Part shown: positions 1 through 9,981 of the stretch, piece by piece
Layout of the letters: each line of letters starts with the position of its first letter
Numbering within the stretch: position 1 is the stretch's first letter
NCBI GenBank assembly: GCA_963827275.1
Contig: CAWHAA010000002.1
Span: 256,001-320,000 of the forward strand
Length of the DNA stretch: 64,000 bases
Direction: 5' to 3'
Origin: an uncultured Spirochaetota bacterium
GTDB taxonomy: Bacteria; Spirochaetota; UBA4802; UBA5550
Made by a program: the position numbers and the translations under genes
Notes under the pieces: generated by a model
The model's input: the letters and a program-made list of their open reading frames with translations, nothing else
Told to the model about the DNA's origin: nothing
The model's database searches: none

Positions 1-1406
1 TTACGGCCGCGGATGTCAGGGCAAAAGACGACCGGTATTTCCCCGAGTTCCAGGCGGACGAGGACCTGCGGGCCGTCACGTCGGACAAGAACATGCTGTC
101 GAGCGGCGTCTCGTACGGCGCATGGGTCACGCCGGCCTTCATGTACCAGGAGGGGACGGGGAGCACCCTCTCCACCCTGGTCACGACGTTCCGGGTCTGG
201 TTCAAGACCTACCTCTGGGACAACAGCTTCCTCTATCTCCGCGCGAAGGACACCTATACCTGGGTCATCAGGGAGAAGGGCACCGGGAACGAGAAGGACA
301 CGAATGTCATCGACCTTGACATCGGCTACCTCGGCATGGCGTCGCCGCGCAGGGAGGTCGATTTTTCCGTCGGCAGGAAATACTTTGTCCTCGGGTCCGG
401 CCTCGTCCTCGAGGGTCGCGGCGACGGCGCGGAGTTCAATTTTTACTCGAAGTACGTGAACATAAAGGCGCTGGGCTGCTGGACCGGGTGGCTGGCGAAG
501 GACGACAACCCCTACGGCCTGAGCGACCGGGACCTGTCGACCGGCGCGAAGCGGGTGTTCACCGGCGGGAAGCTCTCCACGTCATGGTTCAACCAGACCC
601 TGTACGTCATCGGCCTGGCCCAGTTCGATTTCGGCAAGGAGTATTACAACAGGAAGCGGCTGATCACGGCGGCCATCGCGGGGAGCGACACCTACTACAA
701 GTATTACGGCCAGAGGAGCCATTACCAGTCGCAGTATTACGGGGCGGGGCTCGAGGGCGTGATCGTGAGCGGGCTCTCCTACTCGGGCGAGTTCATCATG
801 GAGCGCGGCAGGAGCTACCTCTCCGGGTACAGCATCGTGAAAGACGTGCTCGCCTACGCCGGGCAGTTCAAGCTGAACTATTTCTTCGACGTGCTGCTCA
901 AGCCGGCGCTGCAGCTGCATTACGCCTTCGGGTCCGGCGACACCAACCGGAAGGACTACCGGATACCCAACGGCAACCAGTGGGGCAAGGACCGCGGCTT
1001 CCTCTATTTCGGCACCTTCGTGGGCGGGTACGCGCTGAGGCCGTACCTTGCCAACCTGCACATGATAAGCGCCGGCGCGTCGTTCTCGCCCTTCTCCTGG
1101 TCGTCGATATACCAGGTCAAAAACCTGACCTTCACGCTGAAATATATCTATTACCTGAAGTACAAGACCTGGGCGCCCATCAACTACGGGCTGGACGCGA
1201 CACGGCCGAACCGCCATATCGGCCAGGGGATCGATCTGTCCCTCCGCTGGCTCCTCCTGTCCGATTTTTCCCTGTTCTGCAATTACGGGTGGTTCAAGCC
1301 GGGCAGGGCGTACGGCTACTATTACGATTTCATTCTCGGGGACCAGACCTACTCGTCGCGGTCCGAGCGTCATTTCGTGATGGCGGGCTGCAACATCAGC
1401 TTCTGA
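1..1406 (+). CDS. Outer-membrane beta-barrel protein, alginate-export-like family (5' partial)
   Basis: Frame is open from position 3 (TAADVRAKDD...) into ORF 93..1406. Alternating aromatic beta-strands, motifs GRKYFVLGSGLVL..RGDG and YAFGSGD, C-terminal Phe. Confidence 0.65.
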   Translation, partial: TAADVRAKDDRYFPEFQADEDLRAVTSDKNMLSSGVSYGAWVTPAFMYQEGTGSTLSTLVTTFRVWFKTYLWDNSFLYLRAKDTYTWVIREKGTGNEKDTNVIDLDIGYLGMASPRREVDFSVGRKYFVLGSGLVLEGRGDGAEFNFYSKYVNIKALGCWTGWLAKDDNPYGLSDRDLSTGAKRVFTGGKLSTSWFNQTLYVIGLAQFDFGKEYYNRKRLITAAIAGSDTYYKYYGQRSHYQSQYYGAGLEGVIVSGLSYSGEFIMERGRSYLSGYSIVKDVLAYAGQFKLNYFFDVLLKPALQLHYAFGSGDTNRKDYRIPNGNQWGKDRGFLYFGTFVGGYALRPYLANLHMISAGASFSPFSWSSIYQVKNLTFTLKYIYYLKYKTWAPINYGLDATRPNRHIGQGIDLSLRWLLLSDFSLFCNYGWFKPGRAYGYYYDFILGDQTYSSRSERHFVMAGCNISF

Positions 1407-1520
1407 CGGGAGACACGCCTTCCTCCGGCAGGACGTCCGGGGGCGGGCACCCGCCGCTCTAATGAAACACAGGGCCTGCGCGGACACCGGCAGGCCGTTG
1501 TAATTATGCGAGGTGCGCCG

Positions 1521-4283
1521 ATGATGAAAAAATACCTGGAGCTGGCCAGCCGGTTTATCGAGGAGAACAGGTTTTCCGGCATCGCCGTCTCCCTCGCCTG
1601 CTTCCTGCTGGTGGCGCTTTTTTGCCTGACCGCCGTGTACGAGCGGTTCGAGCTGAACCTCTATGACCTCCGCCTCAAGCTGATGCCCTCCATGAAGGAA
1701 TGGGACCGGCTCGCCTTCCTCGACGTTGACGAAAACAGCATCACGATCGTGGGACAGTACCCATGGCCGAGGGACCTGTACGCCCAAGGCCTGGACACCC
1801 TGAAGAGCGTCAACGTGGCGCAGGCGAGCTTTGACATGATGTTCCTTGACGAATCGCCCCGGACGCTCGACGGCCCCGCTTTCGAAGAACTCAGCAAAAA
1901 ATTTGAGAAGGAGGGGAGCATTTCCCTCAAGGACCTCGATGACGCCGGGACCGACAAGGACAAGATGTTCGCGGACAGCATCGCCTCGATGGACAGGGTG
2001 GTCCTCTCCTATACGATGAATGACGAGCCGGCGAACTACGATGTGCTGGAGCGGCAGAAAAAGGAATCGTTCAGGAAGGCGCAAAAGCGGTTCTTCGAGA
2101 AGGCGAGCGTGAAGCTGTCGCCCGCTGAGCTGAAGCGGCTGGACAGCCTTGTTGACCGGAAGGTCAAAAGCATCTCCTACCCGGTCCCGGAATTCATGGA
2201 GACCGGGCATTCATTCGGCTTCGTGAACCGCTTTACCGACATAGACGGGACCGTCCGCAGGGTGCAGCTGGTCAAGGTGTTTGACGGGCGGCTTTACTTT
2301 AACCTGGCCATGGCCATGCTCATGGATGTCTGCCGCGTGCCGATGAAGAGCGTCGAGGTGTACCCGGGGAAGAGGATCGTCATGAAAAAGGCGCTCCATC
2401 CCCTCTCGCGGTCAATAGCGGACATCTCCATCCCGATCGATGCCAGGGGCATGATGTACGTCACGTGGGCCGGCTCCGGCAGGGGGAAGGACGGCAGGCG
2501 GGAGAACACCTTCCGCCTGCTTCCCTTCTACGCGCTGCTCGAGTACCCGCGGCACGCGGAAACCGCAAGGAAGATCTTCGAGCAGGAGGACCAGATCAAG
2601 ACGGAGCAGCTGGCCGAGCTGGAGGAACAGCTCGAGGGCTTCAGCGACGCGCTGCAGGGCGCGGACGGCGGGGCGAAGAAGCAATTTACCGCGGGCATCG
2701 ACGATGTGAAGAAGCGCATGGCGGCGCTGAAGAAGAACGGGCTCCTTGCCGACCTTGAAGGGCGCCTTGCCGCGGCGCGGCTGGAATACGCCGAGGCCGC
2801 GGACCCGGCCGTCATGAAGAAAAAATGGGAGGAGATCGTCGGCCTGAAGAAGCGCATAAACGGGACCAAGCGCGAATACCAGGAAAATTACGCGGCGGAG
2901 ATACGCAGGCTGAAGGGAGAAACGGGGAAGCGCGCCGGGACCGTGAAGAACGAGCTGGCCCAGTTTGAGTTTCTCCACAAGGCCATGGACCTGGCGATCC
3001 GGGTGGAAAGCCTCTCCGATTCGATCATCCTTGCCGGCCTGACCGCGGCGGGGACCCAGGACATAGGTGCCATCCCCCTGCACAACGAGTACGCGGGGGT
3101 GGGGACCTACCACAACACGATCAACACCATCGTCCAGGATGAGTACATCAAGCGGGTGAACCTGCCTGTCAATCTGGCAGTGATGCTGCTCATCGCGGTC
3201 GCCATGGGATTTTTCATCCAGCGCCTGGACGCCAAGAAGTCGCTCGTCACGATGCTCGCGGCCTTCATCGTGGTGAACGCCGGCGTCATGCTCCTGTTCC
3301 TGTTTTTTAAAATATGGATGCAGCAGGTGGGCATCGCGCTGGCGATGTTCCTCCCCTCCCTGGCCATTGTCGCCATCAAGTTCATGAAGGAAGAGAGCCA
3401 GAAGCGCTTTATCAAGAGCGCCTTCTCCTATTACCTCTCGCCCAGCGTCATTGACGAGATCATCAAGGACCCGGACTCGCTCGGGCTCGGCGGCGAGGAC
3501 CGCGAGATCACCATTTTCTTCTCGGACGTCAAGGGGTTTTCCACTATCTCGGAAAAGCTCACGCCGCGCGAGCTCGTCGTCCGCCTGAATGAATACCTGA
3601 CCGAAATGACGGACGTCATACTGAAGTACAACGGCACCGTGGACAAGTATATCGGCGACGCGATCATGGCGTTCTACGGCGCCCCGGTACTCATGCCGGA
3701 CCACCCCGTCAAGGCGTGCCTGGCCGCCATCGACATGAAGAAGCGGCTGCGCGAGCTGCAGGAGCAATGGCGGAAGAGCGGCATGGAGCCGATCTTCGCG
3801 CGGATGGGGTTACACTCCGGCAAGGCGACCGTGGGCAACATGGGGTCGCGCACCAGGATGGACTATACCGTCATGGGCGACGCGGTCAACCTCGCGTCGC
3901 GCCTCGAGGGGGCGAACAAGTCGTTCGACACGCACGCCATGATCAGCGGCTCCACGTATGAGGGCGCGAAGAACGAGATCGACGCGCGCCAGCTCGGCAG
4001 GATAAAGGTGGTGGGCAAGCAGGAAGCCGTGCCCATCTATGAGCTGCTGGGGCGCAGGGGAAAGCTCCCCGGCCGGATCTACGAGATGCTTGAAAAGTAC
4101 AACCAGGGCAGGGACTATTTCACGAAGCGCGACTGGAAGCAGGCGCGGTCACTCTTCCGCAGCGCGCTGAAGATCGTTCCGGATGACGGCCCCTCCCGGA
4201 TCTACGCCGAACAGTGCGAGCACTACCTCAAGACGCCGCCCCCGCGGGGATGGGACGGGGTGTTTGTGCTGAAGACAAAATAA
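1521..4283 (+). CDS. CHASE2-domain class III adenylate/guanylate cyclase
   Basis: N-terminal TM, CHASE2 motifs (LDVDENSI..GQYPWPR, DIDGTVRR), 3 TM, cyclase motifs FFSDVKGFS, DKYIGDAIMAFYGAP, GDAVNLASRLEG, C-terminal helical region. Confidence 0.92.
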   Translation: MMKKYLELASRFIEENRFSGIAVSLACFLLVALFCLTAVYERFELNLYDLRLKLMPSMKEWDRLAFLDVDENSITIVGQYPWPRDLYAQGLDTLKSVNVAQASFDMMFLDESPRTLDGPAFEELSKKFEKEGSISLKDLDDAGTDKDKMFADSIASMDRVVLSYTMNDEPANYDVLERQKKESFRKAQKRFFEKASVKLSPAELKRLDSLVDRKVKSISYPVPEFMETGHSFGFVNRFTDIDGTVRRVQLVKVFDGRLYFNLAMAMLMDVCRVPMKSVEVYPGKRIVMKKALHPLSRSIADISIPIDARGMMYVTWAGSGRGKDGRRENTFRLLPFYALLEYPRHAETARKIFEQEDQIKTEQLAELEEQLEGFSDALQGADGGAKKQFTAGIDDVKKRMAALKKNGLLADLEGRLAAARLEYAEAADPAVMKKKWEEIVGLKKRINGTKREYQENYAAEIRRLKGETGKRAGTVKNELAQFEFLHKAMDLAIRVESLSDSIILAGLTAAGTQDIGAIPLHNEYAGVGTYHNTINTIVQDEYIKRVNLPVNLAVMLLIAVAMGFFIQRLDAKKSLVTMLAAFIVVNAGVMLLFLFFKIWMQQVGIALAMFLPSLAIVAIKFMKEESQKRFIKSAFSYYLSPSVIDEIIKDPDSLGLGGEDREITIFFSDVKGFSTISEKLTPRELVVRLNEYLTEMTDVILKYNGTVDKYIGDAIMAFYGAPVLMPDHPVKACLAAIDMKKRLRELQEQWRKSGMEPIFARMGLHSGKATVGNMGSRTRMDYTVMGDAVNLASRLEGANKSFDTHAMISGSTYEGAKNEIDARQLGRIKVVGKQEAVPIYELLGRRGKLPGRIYEMLEKYNQGRDYFTKRDWKQARSLFRSALKIVPDDGPSRIYAEQCEHYLKTPPPRGWDGVFVLKTK

Positions 4284-4299
4284 CGGTTGCTCGCTTACT

Positions 4300-4344
4300 A
4301 TGAATGTGTCCCCCCATGGGTCCCGCCATGGGGGCACAATTCAT
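4300..4344 (+). terminator. Strong hairpin after the cyclase gene (overlaps repeat copy A)
   Basis: ATGAATGTGTCCCCCCATGG-gtcccg-CCATGGGGGCACAATTCAT followed by TTT. Confidence 0.55.
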
Positions 4345-4419
4345 TTTATGTCAACCGGACTCCTCTCGAATCAAGCCCGCTCCGGCACAAAAAAGCGCCC
4401 GGCAGGGGCCTTGAAATTT
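4320..4419 (+). repeat. Dispersed ~115-bp element, copy A (5' end altered)
   Basis: CCATGGGGGCACAA...AAAAAAGCGCCCGGCAGGGGCCTTGAAATTT matches copies B-E. Confidence 0.7.
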
Positions 4420-4567
4420 AAACAGGCACCCGTGAAAAATAGTTGAATCTTCCGATTGCCCTCATTACTTTTATGTATATCGGCAATCATGGATTCACGC
4501 AATCCCGTTCCCTGTTACTGTGGTAAAAGCAGGCGTGTTTTTGTTGTGACCATCAGGAAACAGCGTT

Positions 4568-5683
4568 ATGATAAAGGAAAAGATACGGGAGTATATCGAA
4601 CATCTTTTTAATACCGCCGATATTCAGATCGGCGGGGGCAGGCCCTGGGATATCCGGGTACACAACGATGCCCTGTTCCACAGGGTTTTCAAGGGCGGCT
4701 CGCTGGCCCTGGGGGAAGCCTACAGTGATGGATGGTGGGACTGCGAGGCCCTGGACCAGTTTTTCCACCGGTTGTTCCGCGCCCGTCTGGATGAAAAGGT
4801 CAATCCCCTGTCCATCATCGCGGTGCTGGAATCGATATTCCTTAACATGCAGAACAGGGTGCGGTCGCGATGGGTGGTCGACAGGCATTACGACCTCGAC
4901 GTGAACCTCTACCTGTCGTTCCTTGACCCCTACAACCAGTACACCTGCGGTTATTTCAAGGATACCGGCGACCTCGACAGGGCGCAGGAGCAGAAGCTTG
5001 ACCTCATCTGCCGGAAACTCATGCTCTCCCCAGAGGATTCCGTTCTGGACATTGGATGCGGCTGGGGCGGCTTTTCGAGGTTCGCGGCCGAACGATACGG
5101 GTGCAGCGTAACGGGGATTACCATATCCGACGAGCAGCTGCAATACGCCCGCGAGTTCTGCAAGGACCTGCCGGTGGCAATCGTCAAATCGGACTACCGT
5201 GATTTCAAGGGCAGCTTTGACAAGGTGCTGGTGTGCGGCATGATCGAGCATGTCGGTTATAAAAACCACCGGAAGCTCATGGAGATGGCGTTCAATTCGC
5301 TCAAAGAACAGGGCCTGTTCCTGCTGCAGACCATCGGGAAGAATGTTTCAACCAGGAGGGGGGACCCCTGGGTCAACAAATATATCTTTCCCAACGGGCT
5401 TATCCCTTCGGCAAAGCAGATTACCGCGGCCGCCGAAGGACATTTCAGCATCGGTGACTGGCATTGTATGGGACCGCACTACGACCGCACCCTCCTGGCC
5501 TGGCATGACAATTTCATAAAAAATTGGGACCGCATTAAAAGCGCCTATGACGAACGGTTTTACCGCCTGTGGAACTACTATTTCCTCAGTTGCGCGGCTG
5601 CCTTCAGGGCGCAGATAATTGACCTCTGGCAGATCGTGTTTTCAAAAAGCGGCCTTCCTGGGGACTATGTCTGCATCAGGTGA
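4568..5683 (+). CDS. cfa: Cyclopropane fatty acyl phospholipid synthase
   Basis: GSLALGEAYSDGWWDC, HYD, QYTCGYF, VLDIGCGWG, GMIEHVG, DPWVNKYIFP motifs of E. coli-type Cfa. Confidence 0.93.
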   Translation: MIKEKIREYIEHLFNTADIQIGGGRPWDIRVHNDALFHRVFKGGSLALGEAYSDGWWDCEALDQFFHRLFRARLDEKVNPLSIIAVLESIFLNMQNRVRSRWVVDRHYDLDVNLYLSFLDPYNQYTCGYFKDTGDLDRAQEQKLDLICRKLMLSPEDSVLDIGCGWGGFSRFAAERYGCSVTGITISDEQLQYAREFCKDLPVAIVKSDYRDFKGSFDKVLVCGMIEHVGYKNHRKLMEMAFNSLKEQGLFLLQTIGKNVSTRRGDPWVNKYIFPNGLIPSAKQITAAAEGHFSIGDWHCMGPHYDRTLLAWHDNFIKNWDRIKSAYDERFYRLWNYYFLSCAAAFRAQIIDLWQIVFSKSGLPGDYVCIR

Positions 5684-5705
5684 GAAAAGCCCAAAACGGG
5701 GATAG

Positions 5706-5813
5706 ATGAGCATCATGCCCGGCAAGATGAATCGCGTATTCCTCAACGCATCCATTGAAGCACACCGGGGCGGGGACGATGGGCGAATGGGTTCTGCTTT
5801 ACAGGTTTACTGA
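5706..5813 (+). pseudogene. Degenerate methyl-accepting chemotaxis protein signalling-tip fragment
   Basis: Translates MSIMPGKMNRVFLNASIEAHRGGDDGRMG, resembling the MCP tip TNLLALNASIEAARAGEHGRG. Confidence 0.6.
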
Positions 5814-5820
5814 AATACAT

Positions 5821-6070
5821 TCACGCGTATGCGTTCACTACCCTTGAAAGCTCTTCCGATTTCTCTATTATCGTTTTCGTCATTTCGATGATCTTCTCGT
5901 TCACCTGCGCCACTTCCGATGCCATCTCCGAGAGGCGCTCAATTGTTTTAAGCGACTGGTTCATGGAGTTCATCTGCTCGGCCGTCCCCGTTGCTATATC
6001 CCGCGTGGCCTCGTCGATGATGGCGGCCTGTTCGCTGATTAATTTCAACAAAGATGTCGCTTCTGTATGC
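5821..6070 (-). pseudogene. C-terminal fragment of a methyl-accepting chemotaxis protein
   Basis: IDEATRDIATGTAEQMNSMNQ...ASEVAQVNEKI...SEELSRVV is a typical MCP methylation helix. The 5' part is absent and is replaced by repeat copy B. Confidence 0.65.
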
Positions 6071-6092
6071 AGTGTTATCATTATAATCCAAG

Positions 6093-6207
6093 AAATTATG
6101 CCCTCTCCGGTACAGGCCCATGGGATACAAAGCTTTTTTGTAAAGCCGCTCCCTTTCAGAGAAGTTTCTTTATAAAACAAAAAGCGCTGGAGAAAGAGCA
6201 TAAATTT
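6093..6207 (+). repeat. Dispersed ~115-bp element, copy B
   Basis: AAATTATGCCCTCTCCGGTACAGGCCCATGGGATACAAAGC...AAAACAAAAAGCGCTGGAGAAAGAGCATAAATTT. Confidence 0.85.
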
Positions 6208-6213
6208 AATTTA

Positions 6214-6244
6214 TTGACATCCTTATAAGAATGAAATAAATAAT
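6214..6244 (+). promoter_or_regulatory. Sigma70-like promoter of the TA operon, probably leaderless toxin mRNA
   Basis: TTGACA at 6214 and an AT-rich -10 region ending a few nt before ATG 6249; no Shine-Dalgarno sequence. Confidence 0.45.
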
Positions 6245-6248
6245 AAAA

Positions 6249-6512
6249 ATGGAAATATTGTATTCATCCAAAGCGGCAAAACAGCTTAAAAAAATAGCAA
6301 AAGGTGACAAGCAGAGCGCACAGCTGATAATTCATGGAATCGAACTATATGCCAATAATCCCGCAAAAAGTCATGATGTTAAGTTATTGAAAGGACGCCT
6401 GGGGATTTTTAAACGGCTTCGCGTCGGGAATTATCGGATACTATTTGACGACAATAACAGGATCATGCACATATACGAAATTAAACAGCGCCAGGGGGCC
6501 TACAATGATTAA
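6249..6512 (+). CDS. Type II toxin, RelE/ParE family
   Basis: 87 aa; YSSKAAKQLKKI...VKLLKG...KRLRVGNYRILFD...IKQRQGAY is the RelE pattern. Confidence 0.9.
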   Translation: MEILYSSKAAKQLKKIAKGDKQSAQLIIHGIELYANNPAKSHDVKLLKGRLGIFKRLRVGNYRILFDDNNRIMHIYEIKQRQGAYND

Positions 6513-6693
6513 AACCCAATATATTAAAAAAGACGATAAAACAATAGCGGTCATACTCGATTACAAGGAATATAAACGATTGAAAGAAATCGAAGAAGAC
6601 AAAAAAGACTACTACTCCGCTTTAAAAGTCAAAGAAGAAAATAAAAAGTGGATTAAACATGAGAATCTGAAGAAAGAACTCGGGATTAAATAA
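6505..6693 (+). CDS. Cognate antitoxin (62 aa, Phd-like AVILDYKEYKRLKE motif)
   Basis: ATG overlaps the toxin 3' end; ends ENLKKELGI, as in RelE-associated antitoxins. Confidence 0.75.
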   Translation: MIKTQYIKKDDKTIAVILDYKEYKRLKEIEEDKKDYYSALKVKEENKKWIKHENLKKELGIK

Positions 6694-6701
6694 TTATTCA
6701 A

Positions 6702-6817
6702 AAATTGCGCCTTCTCCGGTACTGGCTCATGGGGCACAAAGCGATTTACCAGAACCTGCCCCTCTTAAATGAGGCCCAATATTAAAACAAAAAGCGCTGG
6801 ACAGAGGGCTCAAATTT
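6702..6817 (+). repeat. Dispersed ~115-bp element, copy C
   Basis: AAATTGCGCCTTCTCCGGTACTGGCTCATGGGGCACAAAGCG...AAAACAAAAAGCGCTGGACAGAGGGCTCAAATTT. Confidence 0.85.
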
Positions 6818-6862
6818 GTATTACAAAAATCTATAAATAACTCATGTAAAGAAGGAGCTGAT

Positions 6863-9858
6863 ATGACATCGCTGAAAAAGACGGCATTGTTCCTGGGTCT
6901 CGCATTATGCATTGCCTCTGTTTCGGGCTTAACTGCCTGCAAGAAGAGCGGCGGGAAAACCCCGATTTTTCCCATTGCTGGCAACGACACAACGCCCCCG
7001 ACCATTGCCACTACCTATCCTGACACCGGGGAAACCGATGTTCCCATAAACGACAACATAGCCGTAGAGTTCAGCGAAGACATGGACGAGACCTCGGTCA
7101 TCAGCGCCATAACGGTGACCAATGCATATGGCAACGTGGACGGCACAGTGACCTATGCCAATAAAATAGCCACGTTCAATCCGACAATTGATTTTTACGA
7201 GATCATGGATTACACCGTGACGGTCTCCATGGCCGCCCTTGATACGGCGGGCAACGCCCTCGCGGCAGATTATACATGGACCTTTACAACAGGCTACCTG
7301 GTGAATGCGGTCGATCCGACGCCCGGCGGCGACGACGGCGGCGCCATAACAGCACATGCCTATTCGCGGTCGGTCTCCCTTACCTGGTTCCTGGCGCTGG
7401 ATGATGTGACCAGGCAGGGGCGGCTCCAATACCGGGTGCTGCAATCCGATTCTGCCGACACCATGGATAGATCCGATCCGAGATAGCGACCAATATCGGT
7501 CTCGGCACGGTTGAGATAGTGGAGGACTATACCTTTAACATTGGCACCTACACCGTGACCGGCCTGGCCCCGGAAACCACGTATTTCTTCAATATCATGG
7601 TGAAGGACGCGGCAGGGAACGAGGCGGTGTACACGACGGTACAGGCCACAACCGATGCCGTCCCGGGCGACGTGACCATGACCACGGCGACGGCTGACAA
7701 TGGCAGCATAACCCTGAACTGGACGGGCCTTGGCGCGGGCAACCGCGTCGAGGTACTGTGGGATTCGTACGGGTCAACCACGGCAGCCGATGCCACGACC
7801 TTTACCGCAACGGTCGGCCTGGCGGCAAACACCGAGTACTATTTTACGCTCATCGTGCACGATGCGGACGACAACGTCTCCCCCGGCATCAGGTTCTACA
7901 TTACCACGTCGGTGGACGCGACCGTTGAAAATTATGATTTCATCTACACGCCGGCGGAGCTGAACGACGCGCGGAACAATCTTTCGTACAATTACATCCT
8001 CATGGCCAACATTGACTTGTCAAGCTACGCGGGCGGCAGCGGCTGGCAGCCTATCGGCGCGGACACCAGCGTGGGCGATGATACGTGGGACGGGACCCCG
8101 TATTCCGGCTCTTTCGACGGCAACGGCAATACCATCAGCAACCTGAAAATTTCCAGGCCGATGGAGTACTTCGTGGGGCTTTTCGGATTCGTCTCCGGCA
8201 CGGGATCGTTAAAAAGGCTCACTCTCAGCACTACCGGCGTCTCAGGGAACGGTTATGTGGGCGCCGTGGCGGGCATTTTTCAGGGGACTGCATCGCAGTG
8301 CCAGGTCACCGCGTCAGCCGCTGTAACCGGCGCTTCGAGTTACACCGGCGGATTTGCCGGCATGATCAACGTAAATGGAACGATGACCACCTGCTCATTC
8401 ATCGGTTCGGTGACCGGCAATGTATACACCGGCGGGTTCGCGGGTTTCAGTGATGGGAGCGGCACCAGGACCAATTGCGCGGCCGCGGGCGGAACTGTAT
8501 CGGGGCAATCCTCTACCGGCGGTTTTGCCGGCCGCAATGTATCACCGCTGACCAATTGCATGGCCAATCAGGCGGTGACCGGCGCCGGCAATAACACGGG
8601 CGGCTTTCTCGGCGTCAATGTCAATGCGTCTCTTACGAATTGCTACGCGCAGGGCAACGTGACGTCCACCGGCGGCTACTCCTATTACGGCGGTCTTATC
8701 GGGAGCAGCAACAACGGTGCTTCATATTCCATATCCTCCTGCTATGCCTCCGGCAATGTTACAGGCACCGGCTCGTATTTCGGCGGGCTCATAGGCAGCA
8801 ACACGGGCGGGCTGACCGGCGCGTATGCCACGGGCAGCGTGACGGTGACCGGAACGCCGCTCTCTTACACCGGCGGCCTCATCGGGTATCATGTCAGCGG
8901 TTCCCTGTGGGGCTGTCACACGTCGGGCAATGTCACCTCTTCTGCCCAGTACATAGGCGGTCTTGTGGGTTTCGTCGAAACCGGCACCCTGAACTACTGC
9001 TACTATGAAACGGGAACGGTCAACACTACGGCCAATTCATGGGTAACCGGCGGACTGGTGGGTTGGAATTGCGGCTCATTGGAGAACTGCCGTTCCACCG
9101 GCATCGTCGTGAGCGTTACCAGCACCGTCGGCGGACTGGTGGGAGTTAATGACCCACCCGCTACTATAAACCTGTGTTATGTCGAAGGAAACGTTTCCAG
9201 CTCCGCGGACTACACCGCCGGGCTGGTGGGGTCAAACAACGCCACGGTTTCACACAGTTATTTCTCCGGTACGGTAGAAGGCGCAGGCTACGTAGGCGGC
9301 CTGGCGGCAAACAATGGCGGTAGCATTCAGCTTTCATATTCAGCCGGGAGCGTGACCGGGAACAATGTGGTGGGCGGACTGATAGCCCAAAATTTTGAAA
9401 CAGTGAGCGGGTGTTATTCCACTGCAAGCGTAACAGCCACAGTGAATGCTGGCGGACTGATAGGAGTGAACACCGACGGCACATCGGTGACGGACAGCTA
9501 TGCACGGGGACCGGTCTCCCCCGTTACTGTCGGCACCGGTTTAACCTTCGGGGGTCTGGTGGGCTGCAACTGGGACGTGGTGGCGCTGACCAACTGCTAT
9601 GCCACGGGCCTGGTGACTGCCGCGACGAACGCCGGGGGGCTGGTCGGCCTGAATGATGCCGCCAGCACGGTCACGGTCACCAGCTGCTACTACGACACCC
9701 AGACAACCGGGCAGAGCGACACGGGCAAGGGAGAACCGAAAACAACGGCGGAGATGCTGCTCCAGGGCACCTATACCGGGTGGGACTTCATAACGACCCC
9801 TGTCTGGTTGATCAACAGCGGCGTGAACAACGGGTACCCCGCGCTCAGCGGGCTTTAA
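6863..9858 (+). CDS. Large surface lipoprotein with Ig-like (Big_5), FN3 and GLUG-repeat domains; frameshift near 7470-7520
   Basis: Lipobox LTAC; DTTPPTI..TYP..DVPIN..VEFSE Ig domain; VTGLAPETTYFF FN3; many GGLVG..N..Y.TG.V GLUG repeats. Split into ORFs 6863..7486 and 7519..9858. Confidence 0.8.
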
Positions 9859-9981
9859 AAGCGGCCAGGATTCCAGGTCATACCGTCGCCGGACACGATG
9901 TCCGGCGGCGTAACTTTTTTACTTTACAGATTACACAATCCCTGTATACCTACCCTATTTATCAGACCACCGGAGCGCGCG

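Noticed and set aside
5821..6201. 126-aa ORF as an intact gene
   Set aside because: Its N-terminal ~40 codons are the reverse strand of repeat copy B; only the MCP-like tail looks genuine.
6093..6817. Canonical integron attC or Xer dif sites
   Set aside because: No RYYYAAC/GTTRRRY cores on either strand, no 11-6-11 dif arrangement, and no intI in the window.
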